Source: a virus (lineage: Duplodnaviria > Caudoviricetes). Taken from it: a stretch of 30,574 nt of DNA. Within the stretch, counting starts at the first letter, position 1. Every line of letters begins with the position of its first letter. This document shows, in pieces, positions 23,568 to 30,574 of the stretch. Location: the IMG/VR virus record IMGVR_UViG_3300048850_000065, positions 1 through 30,574 of that record; one strand, 5' to 3'. The notes beneath the pieces were generated by a model. That model was not told the DNA's origin and made no database searches. It saw only the letters and a list, made by a program, of their open reading frames with translations. A program made the translations under genes and the position numbers.

Positions 23568-23858
23568 ATGAAGAAGACTGTTCTGGCCGCAGTCGCGGCA
23601 ATGTTACCGGCTGGCGCTTCGGCCAACGAGATTGAAGACGCGATGAAGCGAATTGGCCCCGCTTACATGTGCGGGCCGACGCATGAGTACCGAGAGGCTC
23701 TGGATGAACTGAAACGAGCACTCTTGGGTGCCGGGGTCCCAGAGATGTTGGCCGGATATGCGGTCGAAGGTATATCCGACTTCGTCACCAGGGAGCATGC
23801 TGCTAAGCGCGAAACGATCACAGCGAAGGAATGCACGGAGGTGTACGGCAGGGCTTAA
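23568..23858 (+). CDS. Exported small protein moron between tail chaperone and tape measure genes
   Basis: Signal peptide MKKTVLAAVAAMLPAGASA (A-S-A cleavage); two Cys in the mature part; antisense. Confidence 0.8.
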   Translation: MKKTVLAAVAAMLPAGASANEIEDAMKRIGPAYMCGPTHEYREALDELKRALLGAGVPEMLAGYAVEGISDFVTREHAAKRETITAKECTEVYGRA

Positions 23859-24112
23859 GACTCCGCGCCCTCTTTAGACTGCAGCCATTTCCAAAGATCG
23901 TCCGCCTCTGCGTTCGACATCTTCTCCTCGCCGCCGCCGTTAGCTTTCACATATCCGTCAAGCGCCGCCGCGAACTGCCACATGGACATCGCGTTTATCT
24001 GTTGCGGCGTGAAGCCCATTGCGGCGCCAACTCCGTAGATCGAGGCAAACCGAATCTTGCCGTTCGGAAGGTCGTCTACGCTGCTTCTGGAATTGGCGCT
24101 TCCTGCTCCCCC
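23855..24112 (-). CDS. -1 frame extension of the tail assembly chaperone (gpGT-like C-terminal part)
   Basis: Open from G-GGG-GAG (24112-24106) to TAA at 23857-23855; encodes ...GKIRFASIYGVGAAMGFTPQQINAMSMWQFAAALDGY... Confidence 0.75.
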   Translation of the reverse strand, partial: GGAGSANSRSSVDDLPNGKIRFASIYGVGAAMGFTPQQINAMSMWQFAAALDGYVKANGGGEEKMSNAEADDLWKWLQSKEGAES

Positions 24113-24432
24113 ACTGGCTCCTCTGGCGCCCCCAGCAGGCCGGCGGAGATAACCGCAATGGCGATCGGGTGGTTTTCAAGTGGAGGGCGGCGCTCGACGT
24201 ACTGCCGAGTCTTTTTGAGCGCATCGGCGGGAGGCATCCCGCCGCCAACGAGTCCTAGACGGATGACGTTGGCGATGTCCTGCACGCGCCACTGGTGAGA
24301 GTGCAGGCGGTGCAGGATCATGTACGGTCCGGCATCGCACTCCTCTTGCAGAGTGGAGAGCTCGCCCCAACCCAGACGGAACGAGTACGTCCCGTCTGCG
24401 AAGTCAAGCTCAATCCTAGCGTCGCGAGCCAT
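24076..24432 (-). CDS. Tail assembly chaperone (GTA-gp10-like)
   Basis: LDFADGTYSFRLGWGEL..LQEECDAGP...IRLGLVGGG; immediately after the tail tube gene (TAATG). Confidence 0.85.
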   Translation of the reverse strand: MARDARIELDFADGTYSFRLGWGELSTLQEECDAGPYMILHRLHSHQWRVQDIANVIRLGLVGGGMPPADALKKTRQYVERRPPLENHPIAIAVISAGLLGAPEEPVGEQEAPIPEAA

Positions 24433-24869
24433 TAGAACGTATCCGTGCGGACCAACTCGCCGTCGGACTGCATCGAGACGTTGAGCGTCACACGACCGCC
24501 CTGCTCTGCGCCGATTTCCAAGGATTCGACGTGCATTCTGCCGGTCCAGGTAACCGTGCCGGTGGAGAATTCAATCTCAATCTTGATTGCTACGGACTCA
24601 GTGCTTTCGTAGCCGTCCAGCCAGGTCTCAACCGCGGACGCGGCAAGAACGCCCTCGCCCGAAACGGACGCGGAAATGCTCTCCACGTCGCGGCCCAACA
24701 CAATGGGCTTGTCGGGATCTTCGCAGTCCGGAAGAGCAACTTCGGAAAGCGACTTGGTGAGCGAAAGCGACTTGGACGTAAACCCGCAAGGTGCGGTGTA
24801 GGTACCAGTTCCTGCCAGGTCGAGCAGGACACGGAATTTGCCAAAGCGCGCAGTGATTGGTGCCGCCAT
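24432..24869 (-). CDS. Major tail tube protein
   Basis: APCGFTSKSLSL...PDCEDPD...SVSGEGV...WTG...VSMQSDGE. Confidence 0.9.
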   Translation of the reverse strand: MAAPITARFGKFRVLLDLAGTGTYTAPCGFTSKSLSLTKSLSEVALPDCEDPDKPIVLGRDVESISASVSGEGVLAASAVETWLDGYESTESVAIKIEIEFSTGTVTWTGRMHVESLEIGAEQGGRVTLNVSMQSDGELVRTDTF

Positions 24870-24883
24870 TTTGTGGTCTCCAT

Positions 24884-24905
24884 AAAAAAAGCCGCTCAGA
24901 GCGGC
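24884..24905 (-). terminator. Intrinsic terminator directly before the tail tube RBS
   Basis: Minus strand GCCGCT-CTG-AGCGGC-TTTTTTT then ATGGAG. Confidence 0.7.
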
Positions 24906-24935
24906 CGCGATGTGGTGGTGATTGGTGAATGGCGG

Positions 24936-25352
24936 CTACGTGATCTCCACGAACGCCGTAACGCTGATGATCGCGCGATTGGTGGAGCCGTCGCTTTCGC
25001 GTTGGTACCGCGTGATGCGGTGACGAAGGCTCGCCAGTGCATTGGTAGCAAGAGAAACTTCAGCCTCGTGCAGCGCCGCGCGAACGGCTCCGGAAACCTT
25101 CCTGACTTCCGCGCTGCCGAAAGCTTCGTTCGGCCCCCACGAATAGCAGTCTATCTGCAGTGTGATTTCCAGCCCGTCGAGGCAATCTGCATCGTCTGTG
25201 AGTGCGTCGGATGGCCCCATCGAAATGTACGGCGATTGGGCTTCTCCATCGGGCGGACGATCGTAGACGCGGGAGCCGACAAAGGAAGCAACCGTCGCGT
25301 CGGCCTTCAACCGCGATATGATGGCGGCTGTTAGTTCGTATGTCGGATCCAC
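24936..25352 (-). CDS. Tail terminator/completion protein (DUF3168)
   Basis: RLKADATV..FVGSRVYDRPP....PYISMG...ITLQIDCYS...VRAALH. Confidence 0.88.
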   Translation of the reverse strand: MDPTYELTAAIISRLKADATVASFVGSRVYDRPPDGEAQSPYISMGPSDALTDDADCLDGLEITLQIDCYSWGPNEAFGSAEVRKVSGAVRAALHEAEVSLATNALASLRHRITRYQRESDGSTNRAIISVTAFVEIT

Positions 25353-25834
25353 TAGCCGCCCCCTGCTGCCACTTCTTTGGCCGCCTTATTCACTGCGCGC
25401 GTGATGCGACCTTTGACGCGCTTCCGGTTCGCCCTGAACGAAACAAAGAAGAAGGGCGAGGCTGCAATGGCTGGGATCGTCGCGCCCGCGAACATGCCGC
25501 CTGCCCTGTGCGCCGCCGTGCCGAATTCAACGAAACGACCTTGATAGGCGTCAGCATTGCCAGCGTAGATCGTGATGGTGTTTTCGCTGCCGGTGTTTCG
25601 CATGCCTTGGCCGCGCACCGTTGCGATGGTCAAGGCACCTTTCGGCGGGGAACCCCACGTCCAGTCGATACTGTTTTTCAGAGCGCCGCTATCAGTTGGG
25701 ACAAGCGACTTCATCATGGCGACGATTTCGTCGGCGCCTTGCTGCATCGCCTCACGTATGCGCTTGCGCGCAACAATCGGCAAAAGCGCCAACTTTCTGT
25801 TGAGTTTGTCCAGCCCGATGACTTTCGCCGTCAT
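25352..25834 (-). CDS. HK97 gp10-family tail component
   Basis: GLDKLNRKL...VPTDSGALKNSI...FVEFGT...PFF. Confidence 0.88.
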   Translation of the reverse strand: MTAKVIGLDKLNRKLALLPIVARKRIREAMQQGADEIVAMMKSLVPTDSGALKNSIDWTWGSPPKGALTIATVRGQGMRNTGSENTITIYAGNADAYQGRFVEFGTAAHRAGGMFAGATIPAIAASPFFFVSFRANRKRVKGRITRAVNKAAKEVAAGGG

Positions 25835-26181
25835 GCGTCTGCCTGCGTGCCGATTGTCGCCAGCATGTCGATGTAGTCGTTTTTCTGAGAAACGTTCACG
25901 GGCGGCGAAGTGATTGCGTAGACGGCGCCAGATCGAGCATCAACTGCCCGCCAGGTCGCGTCTAGGACGCGCGTGGCGACATGCGAGCGCACGCGTATAG
26001 TTACAGGCTGCAGCCCTTGCAGGCGTGCGCCCATTACCGCCTCAGAGCCCATGCGCGGGATAATCTCGGCTGCGTCGGTGAAGACTGTCGAAATTTCACC
26101 AACTACGATTCCGCCGTACCCGTCATCCCCTGTGGTGCGCTGCTGAAAGTGTAGCCGCGATCGAAGTTTGCCTGCGGGCAT
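25831..26181 (-). CDS. Head closure protein (SPP1 gp16-like head-tail joining)
   Basis: MPAGKLRSRLHFQQR....DGYGG...GSEAV...TIRVR. Confidence 0.85.
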   Translation of the reverse strand: MPAGKLRSRLHFQQRTTGDDGYGGIVVGEISTVFTDAAEIIPRMGSEAVMGARLQGLQPVTIRVRSHVATRVLDATWRAVDARSGAVYAITSPPVNVSQKNDYIDMLATIGTQADA

Positions 26182-26332
26182 CTGCCGGCCTTTCGGTTGG
26201 AAGTGCTTTCCCCGCCGCAACGGCTGCGGCTGCGCAAGCGCGCGTCACACTACGGGTGGTGTCAGTCTTGAAGGCGACGGTGACGGGCGGTCGAGGTTTC
26301 CAGTCGAAATCAGCCAGAAACCTCACCCACAT
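26123..26332 (-). CDS. Small phage hypothetical protein
   Basis: TAATG coupling to the upstream gene; MWVRFLADFDWKP...VTRACAAAAVAAGKA; overlaps the next gene by 59 nt. Confidence 0.6.
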   Translation of the reverse strand: MWVRFLADFDWKPRPPVTVAFKTDTTRSVTRACAAAAVAAGKALPTERPADARRQTSIAATLSAAHHRG

Positions 26333-26742
26333 TAAAGCGCGACGTTCGGGAATTGCATGTCGACGGCGAGGACGGTCGTGGACTTGCCGAGGCCAATCAA
26401 GCAAACATATTCGCCAGCGCCGACATCGGCGAGAGGGCACAGGCCGCCTGGCGTGTCGCTAAGGTATATTGCTTCGCCGGCGGTCAGGACGGCACCCACA
26501 GTAAGGTCGCCGCTCTTGTGAACGGTGATAGGTTGACCGTCCGATGCTCCGTTAAGAGCGATCCCACCCGCCTGGCGAGCGGCGGCAGTTGCCGAATTGC
26601 TGTCTGCCAGCATCCACTTTTTGGTGGTAGCGCTCTTGTAGACGGCTTTGCCGGCCGTAATCGTCTCGCCGGCTGTGCCGTGTTCTTGCGCGGAATTCGA
26701 GCCCGCGATGATTGCGGAGGGCGTTAAGACTAGGTCTGCCAT
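26332..26742 (-). CDS. Probable capsid decoration-like protein
   Basis: AGETITAGKAVY...GIALNGASDGQPITV..SG...LTAGEAIYLS.TPGG pattern resembling beta-tulip decoration proteins. Confidence 0.65.
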   Translation of the reverse strand: MADLVLTPSAIIAGSNSAQEHGTAGETITAGKAVYKSATTKKWMLADSNSATAAARQAGGIALNGASDGQPITVHKSGDLTVGAVLTAGEAIYLSDTPGGLCPLADVGAGEYVCLIGLGKSTTVLAVDMQFPNVAL

Positions 26743-26758
26743 GAAATGTCCTTTTCAG

Positions 26759-27331
26759 TCAGGCCACTCGGCCGACTCTGTAGCGTTCAAGAATTGATGC
26801 GACGCCCAGCGGCAACTCAGCCAAGCCGCCGTCCGCTACCGCTTCACGGTTTTCGTAGAAGTGGCCGACAAGCAGCAGCAGCGCCCATCGGAGATCCTGC
26901 GGCAACGTTTCATGGCCGCATTCAAATGTGACCTTCACCGCTCCCTGTTCGCACGTGATAGTAGGCCAAGCGGTATCGCGAGCCGGCCAAATTCGTAGCG
27001 GCTGCTGGTCCAGGTCGTATCGCAGACCCGATACCGGCTGTTCGAGTCCAGCACCGTCCCGGTACGTGACTGACGTGACGCCGGTCACTGGGCCCAGCGG
27101 AACGATGATCTCACAAGGAAATTGGTCAAGCGACAGCCGCCAGGTCTGCGAAAGCAGCGCAATGCCAATGCCGCTCGGGCCTTCGATCGATGCTTCCGCG
27201 GCTGCAATCATAGACGTGATGTCATCGTCGTCATCGTCGTGGAATACGCGCAGATGGCGCTTGGCCTCTGCGAGGGTCACGGCCGGTCCTGCCGGCGCAA
27301 CCGTTCTGACCAGCCGTGTCCATTCGTTCAT
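26759..27331 (-). CDS. Head-tail connector (HK97 gp6-like)
   Basis: VTLAEAKRHLRV.HDDDD..I...LLLLVGHFYENREA...LP.GV.SIL..YR. Confidence 0.92.
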   Translation of the reverse strand: MNEWTRLVRTVAPAGPAVTLAEAKRHLRVFHDDDDDDITSMIAAAEASIEGPSGIGIALLSQTWRLSLDQFPCEIIVPLGPVTGVTSVTYRDGAGLEQPVSGLRYDLDQQPLRIWPARDTAWPTITCEQGAVKVTFECGHETLPQDLRWALLLLVGHFYENREAVADGGLAELPLGVASILERYRVGRVA

Positions 27332-27540
27332 TTGCGTCGCCTTTTGGTGGCTGTCGCGAGTGCCGGCTGCACAACCGCTGCCTCTGGGCTGGGCACAGCG
27401 GCGGCTGTTTCTTCAACGGGCTCGCACTTGCGCTCCCATCCAGCGCCGACCTTCGCGGCAAAAACGTCGGCTTCGACGATCTGCCCCCAGCCGAAGGTGA
27501 AGCCATCTCCGGCGAGGCTTGATGTAACTCGTACGTTCAT
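27328..27540 (-). CDS. Small hypothetical protein after the capsid gene
   Basis: ATG ORF, ATGA-coupled to the connector gene; basic C-terminus. Confidence 0.7.
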   Translation of the reverse strand: MNVRVTSSLAGDGFTFGWGQIVEADVFAAKVGAGWERKCEPVEETAAAVPSPEAAVVQPALATATKRRRK

Positions 27541-27576
27541 GAGGTGGTCGGGCGGCGCTCGGCCGCCCGCTCCCTG

Positions 27577-28821
27577 TTAGGATGCAGCGTGCTGCAGAAC
27601 TTTGACTGCGCCGGCATCGAGCAGCTCGCCGTCGAGGCGAGTGAAACCGATGAAACCGGTCTGGTCGTAATCAGCATAGCGCTCGACGAGGCGGCGGATC
27701 GCGAACTCACGAACCATACGGACGACGTAGCGATTGAACGCGCCAAAGGCGACGGACTTGTTGGAGGCACCAATCGCCGCCATCGCCTGGTTGATGCTGT
27801 AGGGTTTGTCGAGAATGGTCGCCGGGGCGCCAGTCCGCACATCGGCAGGCTGCCAGATATAGTTTCCGGTGACCGTATCCTTGATCTTGCGCAGCGACTT
27901 GAGCGTGCCGTCGTTGAACATGAAGCGGACTGACGGATCGTCGCGGTATGCGGGATCGACCGCGTGGAACAGCTCGATCATGTCGTCGAAGGTGAGCGCA
28001 GCCGCTGCAGCAACGCCGGTCACAGCGGTGGCTGCCGTAATGATTCCGTTCGGCTTCGCCGAGCCGTCGCCGACCGTCAGGTGGCGGTTGCCGATGCGAC
28101 CGATGCGCTCCGCCATTGCGGAACGTACGGTCCCTTCGACGTCGATAGCCGAATCCTGCAGAAGCTCTGCCGAGACCAGCACGACACCAGAGGTGTACTT
28201 GTAGGCCTCGAGCGTCTTCGTGCCGAATGCCACTTCCGTCTCGGTGACCTGCGTGTTTTCGCCGATAAGCGCGCCCTCGTTAGAGGTGTCGTCCATCGTC
28301 GGCCACGGGATCGAGTTGCCGGCGGTCGTGGTCAGCACGCGAGTGACGCCTGGATCCAGCATCGGACCCCAAGCCTTCAGCGACTTGACCAGTTCGGCCA
28401 TGAAGCCTTCCGGCACAAGGTAGCCGCCCTTGGAGTCAGTGCCGACAGCCTGAGCGCGCATCTCGCGAACGATCTTCCGCTCCTCGGCCGGCATGTCTTC
28501 GAGGCCGTGACGGAGATAGCTCCGGAAGGCCGCTGCGCGGGCTTCGGCGGCGTTCTCCTGCCGACCACCCTGCACCGATCGATCTTCACCGTTCGGGCGG
28601 CGGTCGTCAGCGGCGTTCAGGTCGCGCTCACGGGCCTCCAGAGCCTCCTCGCGCTTGATGCGCGCTTCGAGGCGGTCGTATTCCGCCATGGCAGCATCAT
28701 GCTGGGATTCGAGTTCGGCGACACGCACTTCTGCGGTGTCATCCTTAATGTCGGCCAGGAGGGCGCGAGCGTCAGCAACGAGTTTCTGCTGCTTTTCGCG
28801 CAGTTCAGTAATCTTGGACAT
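27577..28821 (-). CDS. Major capsid protein, HK97 fold, with N-terminal delta domain
   Basis: Coiled-coil N-terminus, GGYLVPE, VSAELLQDS, GDGSAKPNGI, GNYIWQP, FGAF, RLDG. Confidence 0.96.
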   Translation of the reverse strand: MSKITELREKQQKLVADARALLADIKDDTAEVRVAELESQHDAAMAEYDRLEARIKREEALEARERDLNAADDRRPNGEDRSVQGGRQENAAEARAAAFRSYLRHGLEDMPAEERKIVREMRAQAVGTDSKGGYLVPEGFMAELVKSLKAWGPMLDPGVTRVLTTTAGNSIPWPTMDDTSNEGALIGENTQVTETEVAFGTKTLEAYKYTSGVVLVSAELLQDSAIDVEGTVRSAMAERIGRIGNRHLTVGDGSAKPNGIITAATAVTGVAAAAALTFDDMIELFHAVDPAYRDDPSVRFMFNDGTLKSLRKIKDTVTGNYIWQPADVRTGAPATILDKPYSINQAMAAIGASNKSVAFGAFNRYVVRMVREFAIRRLVERYADYDQTGFIGFTRLDGELLDAGAVKVLQHAAS

Positions 28822-28834
28822 AGAGTCTCCATAC

Positions 28835-28857
28835 GAAAAGAGCCCGCGAAAGCGAGC
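28835..28857 (-). terminator. Terminator-like hairpin directly before the capsid RBS
   Basis: Minus strand GCTCGC-TTTC-GCGGGC-TCTTTTC then GTATGGAG. Confidence 0.6.
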
Positions 28858-28895
28858 GCAGTGGGATCAGTTTTTGGTGGGGTGACAGCGCTTGG

Positions 28896-29510
28896 TCAGC
28901 GCGTGCTGCGAACCCTGAGATCAAGGTCCATTTTCAGGCGGGCTCTATGGGCCGCCCTGCTTACCGGCGCTGCCGCCGGATCTGTGTTTTCTTCGTTGGA
29001 AGAACGGGCGTCCCGCCACTCTTGCAGCGAACGCTTTCCGAGCTCGGTATCATCGTAGGCTGGCCACGCGACCGCCGACACCTCGTAGAGTTCGACCTTG
29101 TGAATGGTGCGGATCGGCATCTCGCCAGTTTCGTCCCACTCATCATGTTTGACGGCAAAACCGAAGCTCATCCCAGAAATGTCACCCCGCTCAACAAGCG
29201 TCCAAAGGTCGTTGCCGTCGGTCGTATCTGGAACATCGACTTCCACGGCCAACCCACGGGAATCTTCTGACAAGCGGAGCGTGCCGCTCTTCGTGCGCCC
29301 AATGACCCGACCGGCATCGTGGTCGACTAGCGCTCTGACGTCGCCCGCGATCGCTTCGGCGAATGCCCCGGGCGCAATTCGCTCGATCCACCAGCCACCG
29401 ATGTCGGCGCTGACGTCGAAGACAGCCGCATACCCAACCAGCGTGCGCTTTTCATCGGCGGCTCGCGTTTCAACGCCAAGGGTGCCGCCGCGTTTCTCGA
29501 TCTTCGTCAT
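28896..29510 (-). CDS. HK97-family prohead protease
   Basis: GYAAVFD, ERIAPGAF, LVDHD, GTLRLSEDSRGL, GMSFGF, LYEVSAV.WPAY. Confidence 0.95.
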   Translation of the reverse strand: MTKIEKRGGTLGVETRAADEKRTLVGYAAVFDVSADIGGWWIERIAPGAFAEAIAGDVRALVDHDAGRVIGRTKSGTLRLSEDSRGLAVEVDVPDTTDGNDLWTLVERGDISGMSFGFAVKHDEWDETGEMPIRTIHKVELYEVSAVAWPAYDDTELGKRSLQEWRDARSSNEENTDPAAAPVSRAAHRARLKMDLDLRVRSTR

Positions 29511-30574
29511 GCGGCTTCCGCCTCGTCTTGTTTGTTGTCGTTGGCTGGCTGCTTCGCGACCATGCTTTGCATGCCCAGAGGAACAGTGGCGCCTTGGATA
29601 TGAAGCTTTTCCGCCTCGCCGCCATGCTTCGGCCAGTTCTCCATCGCGCGCACCTCATCGGGTGTGTAAATGGCGTTCTGGATGCCCTTGGCGTAGCCTT
29701 CCATGCGGGTGCGGAACTCGCCGCGAAGCAATCCGTCGATATTAAATTCGCAGAACTTGGTGCGGTTACGCGGCGAAAACAGCTTAAGGTTTAACTCCTG
29801 CTCCCACGCCTTAACCCACTGAGAGATAAGGTGCTTGGTCAACGCGAGGTCCTGCTGCTCCGTGTTGCTGAACGTTCCGTGTGTTAGGTCCTGCAGGAAG
29901 ACCGGTGGGAGGCCGTAAATACGTGCGATCTCCTCGATCTGCATCCGGCGGGACTCCACCATCTGCGATTTTTCCGGATCGACCCCCACGGCCTTCAATT
30001 CATGCCCTGTCGGCATGATCATGACGTTTCGACGCTCGGCGTTGGCGTCTCGGACGGCCTTCTCGACGTCTTGCGACGCCCTCGATGCGGCTGCTGGTGA
30101 CGGCATCGGGCCATAGAGTGCAAGCGGAGGAACCCCGCCGTTCGCAAAGAATTTGCGAGCATACTCGTCGAGTGCAAGCGAAAGCCCGACAGCACCTCTC
30201 AGCTTCGTTACCGGATCGACGTGGGAGACGCCGTCCGGTTTAAGCATGAAAGTCAGGTCGAGGACTTCGTTGGCTGCATAGGTGACTTTCCGTCCACCGT
30301 CATCGTAGTGGTAAAGCTTCCGGCCGCTCTTGCGCTCAATCGTCAACTTGTCGGTGTCGAGGGGCCAGATGTTCATCACCCTACCGGCCTTGTTTCGTTC
30401 GATGAACGAAACACCGCGGCCACGCAGTAGAACATTGATCATCATGCCTTTACGCCACGCAAACGAGGTCAATTCCTCGTTCGGCGCGTCATGCAGGATG
30501 CCGTAGAGCGGGTCAGACTCGACGGTGTCGCGTCCGTTCTCCGACTTTCGAAATACCTGCAGAGGCAAGCTGGC
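29507..30574 (-). CDS. HK97-family portal protein (5' end outside the window)
   Basis: Frame open to the window edge; FFANGG.P, EEIARIYGLPP, FSNTEQQ, WEQELN.KL, TPDEVRAMEN. Confidence 0.95.
   Translation of the reverse strand, partial: ASLPLQVFRKSENGRDTVESDPLYGILHDAPNEELTSFAWRKGMMINVLLRGRGVSFIERNKAGRVMNIWPLDTDKLTIERKSGRKLYHYDDGGRKVTYAANEVLDLTFMLKPDGVSHVDPVTKLRGAVGLSLALDEYARKFFANGGVPPLALYGPMPSPAAASRASQDVEKAVRDANAERRNVMIMPTGHELKAVGVDPEKSQMVESRRMQIEEIARIYGLPPVFLQDLTHGTFSNTEQQDLALTKHLISQWVKAWEQELNLKLFSPRNRTKFCEFNIDGLLRGEFRTRMEGYAKGIQNAIYTPDEVRAMENWPKHGGEAEKLHIQGATVPLGMQSMVAKQPANDNKQDEAEAA

Larger units (their letters stand above)
1..30574. mobile_element. Internal segment of a temperate HK97-like siphophage/prophage (late operon on minus strand plus accessory end region); boundaries not in window
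   Basis: Canonical order portal-protease-capsid-neck-tail tube-chaperone-tape measure-tail tip-spike-lysis on minus strand, followed by moron-like cargo. No host housekeeping gene seen. Whether the leftmost 3 kb belongs to the same element is not proven. Confidence 0.9.

Noticed and set aside
27964-29058. Long plus-strand ORFs opposite structural genes (also 18043-18933, 21294-21998, 24531-25334, 14950-15639)
   Set aside because: Antisense shadows of high-GC coding genes; no recognisable motifs or RBS.
1-30574. CRISPR array, diversity-generating retroelement, retron or invertible tail-fibre cassette
   Set aside because: No repeat-spacer array, reverse transcriptase, invertase or long duplicated segment was seen by eye; a self dot-plot would confirm.
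21261-30574. Gene transfer agent rather than prophage
   Set aside because: Long tape measure, morons, linked lysis cassette, ligase and HNH/XRE genes fit a true temperate phage better.

Overview
The window is an internal part of a temperate HK97-type siphovirus (prophage), most likely of a rhizobial alphaproteobacterium. The host is inferred from an alpha-type LexA box (GAAC-N7-GAAC), EcfG/RpoE2-type promoters (GGAAC-N16-YGTT) and gene content. From 30574 leftwards on the minus strand it runs through an apparently intact late operon: portal (truncated by the window), prohead protease, major capsid, neck genes, tail tube, tail chaperone with a probable -1 frameshift, tape measure, tail tip, beta-helix tailspike, and a GH19 endolysin with three small membrane proteins. 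Several antisense morons and a frameshifted relic of an earlier GH24 lysozyme interrupt the operon. Beyond the lysis terminator is a ~5.5 kb glycan-modification cassette: a SAM methyltransferase, a tandem-GT2 coiled-coil glycosyltransferase and a convergent GT-TPR-GT2-TPR protein. This is the best candidate for an undescribed system. The left ~5.3 kb is an accessory island tied to host stress regulons: a LigD-type ligase and a small gene flanking a LexA box, an EcfG-driven three-hairpin sRNA candidate, DUF3606, an excisionase-like HTH pair, and an XRE switch with three operators divergent from an HNH nuclease. No integrase, att site, tRNA, CRISPR array or reverse transcriptase was seen. All family calls come from reading motifs by eye, not from database searches.
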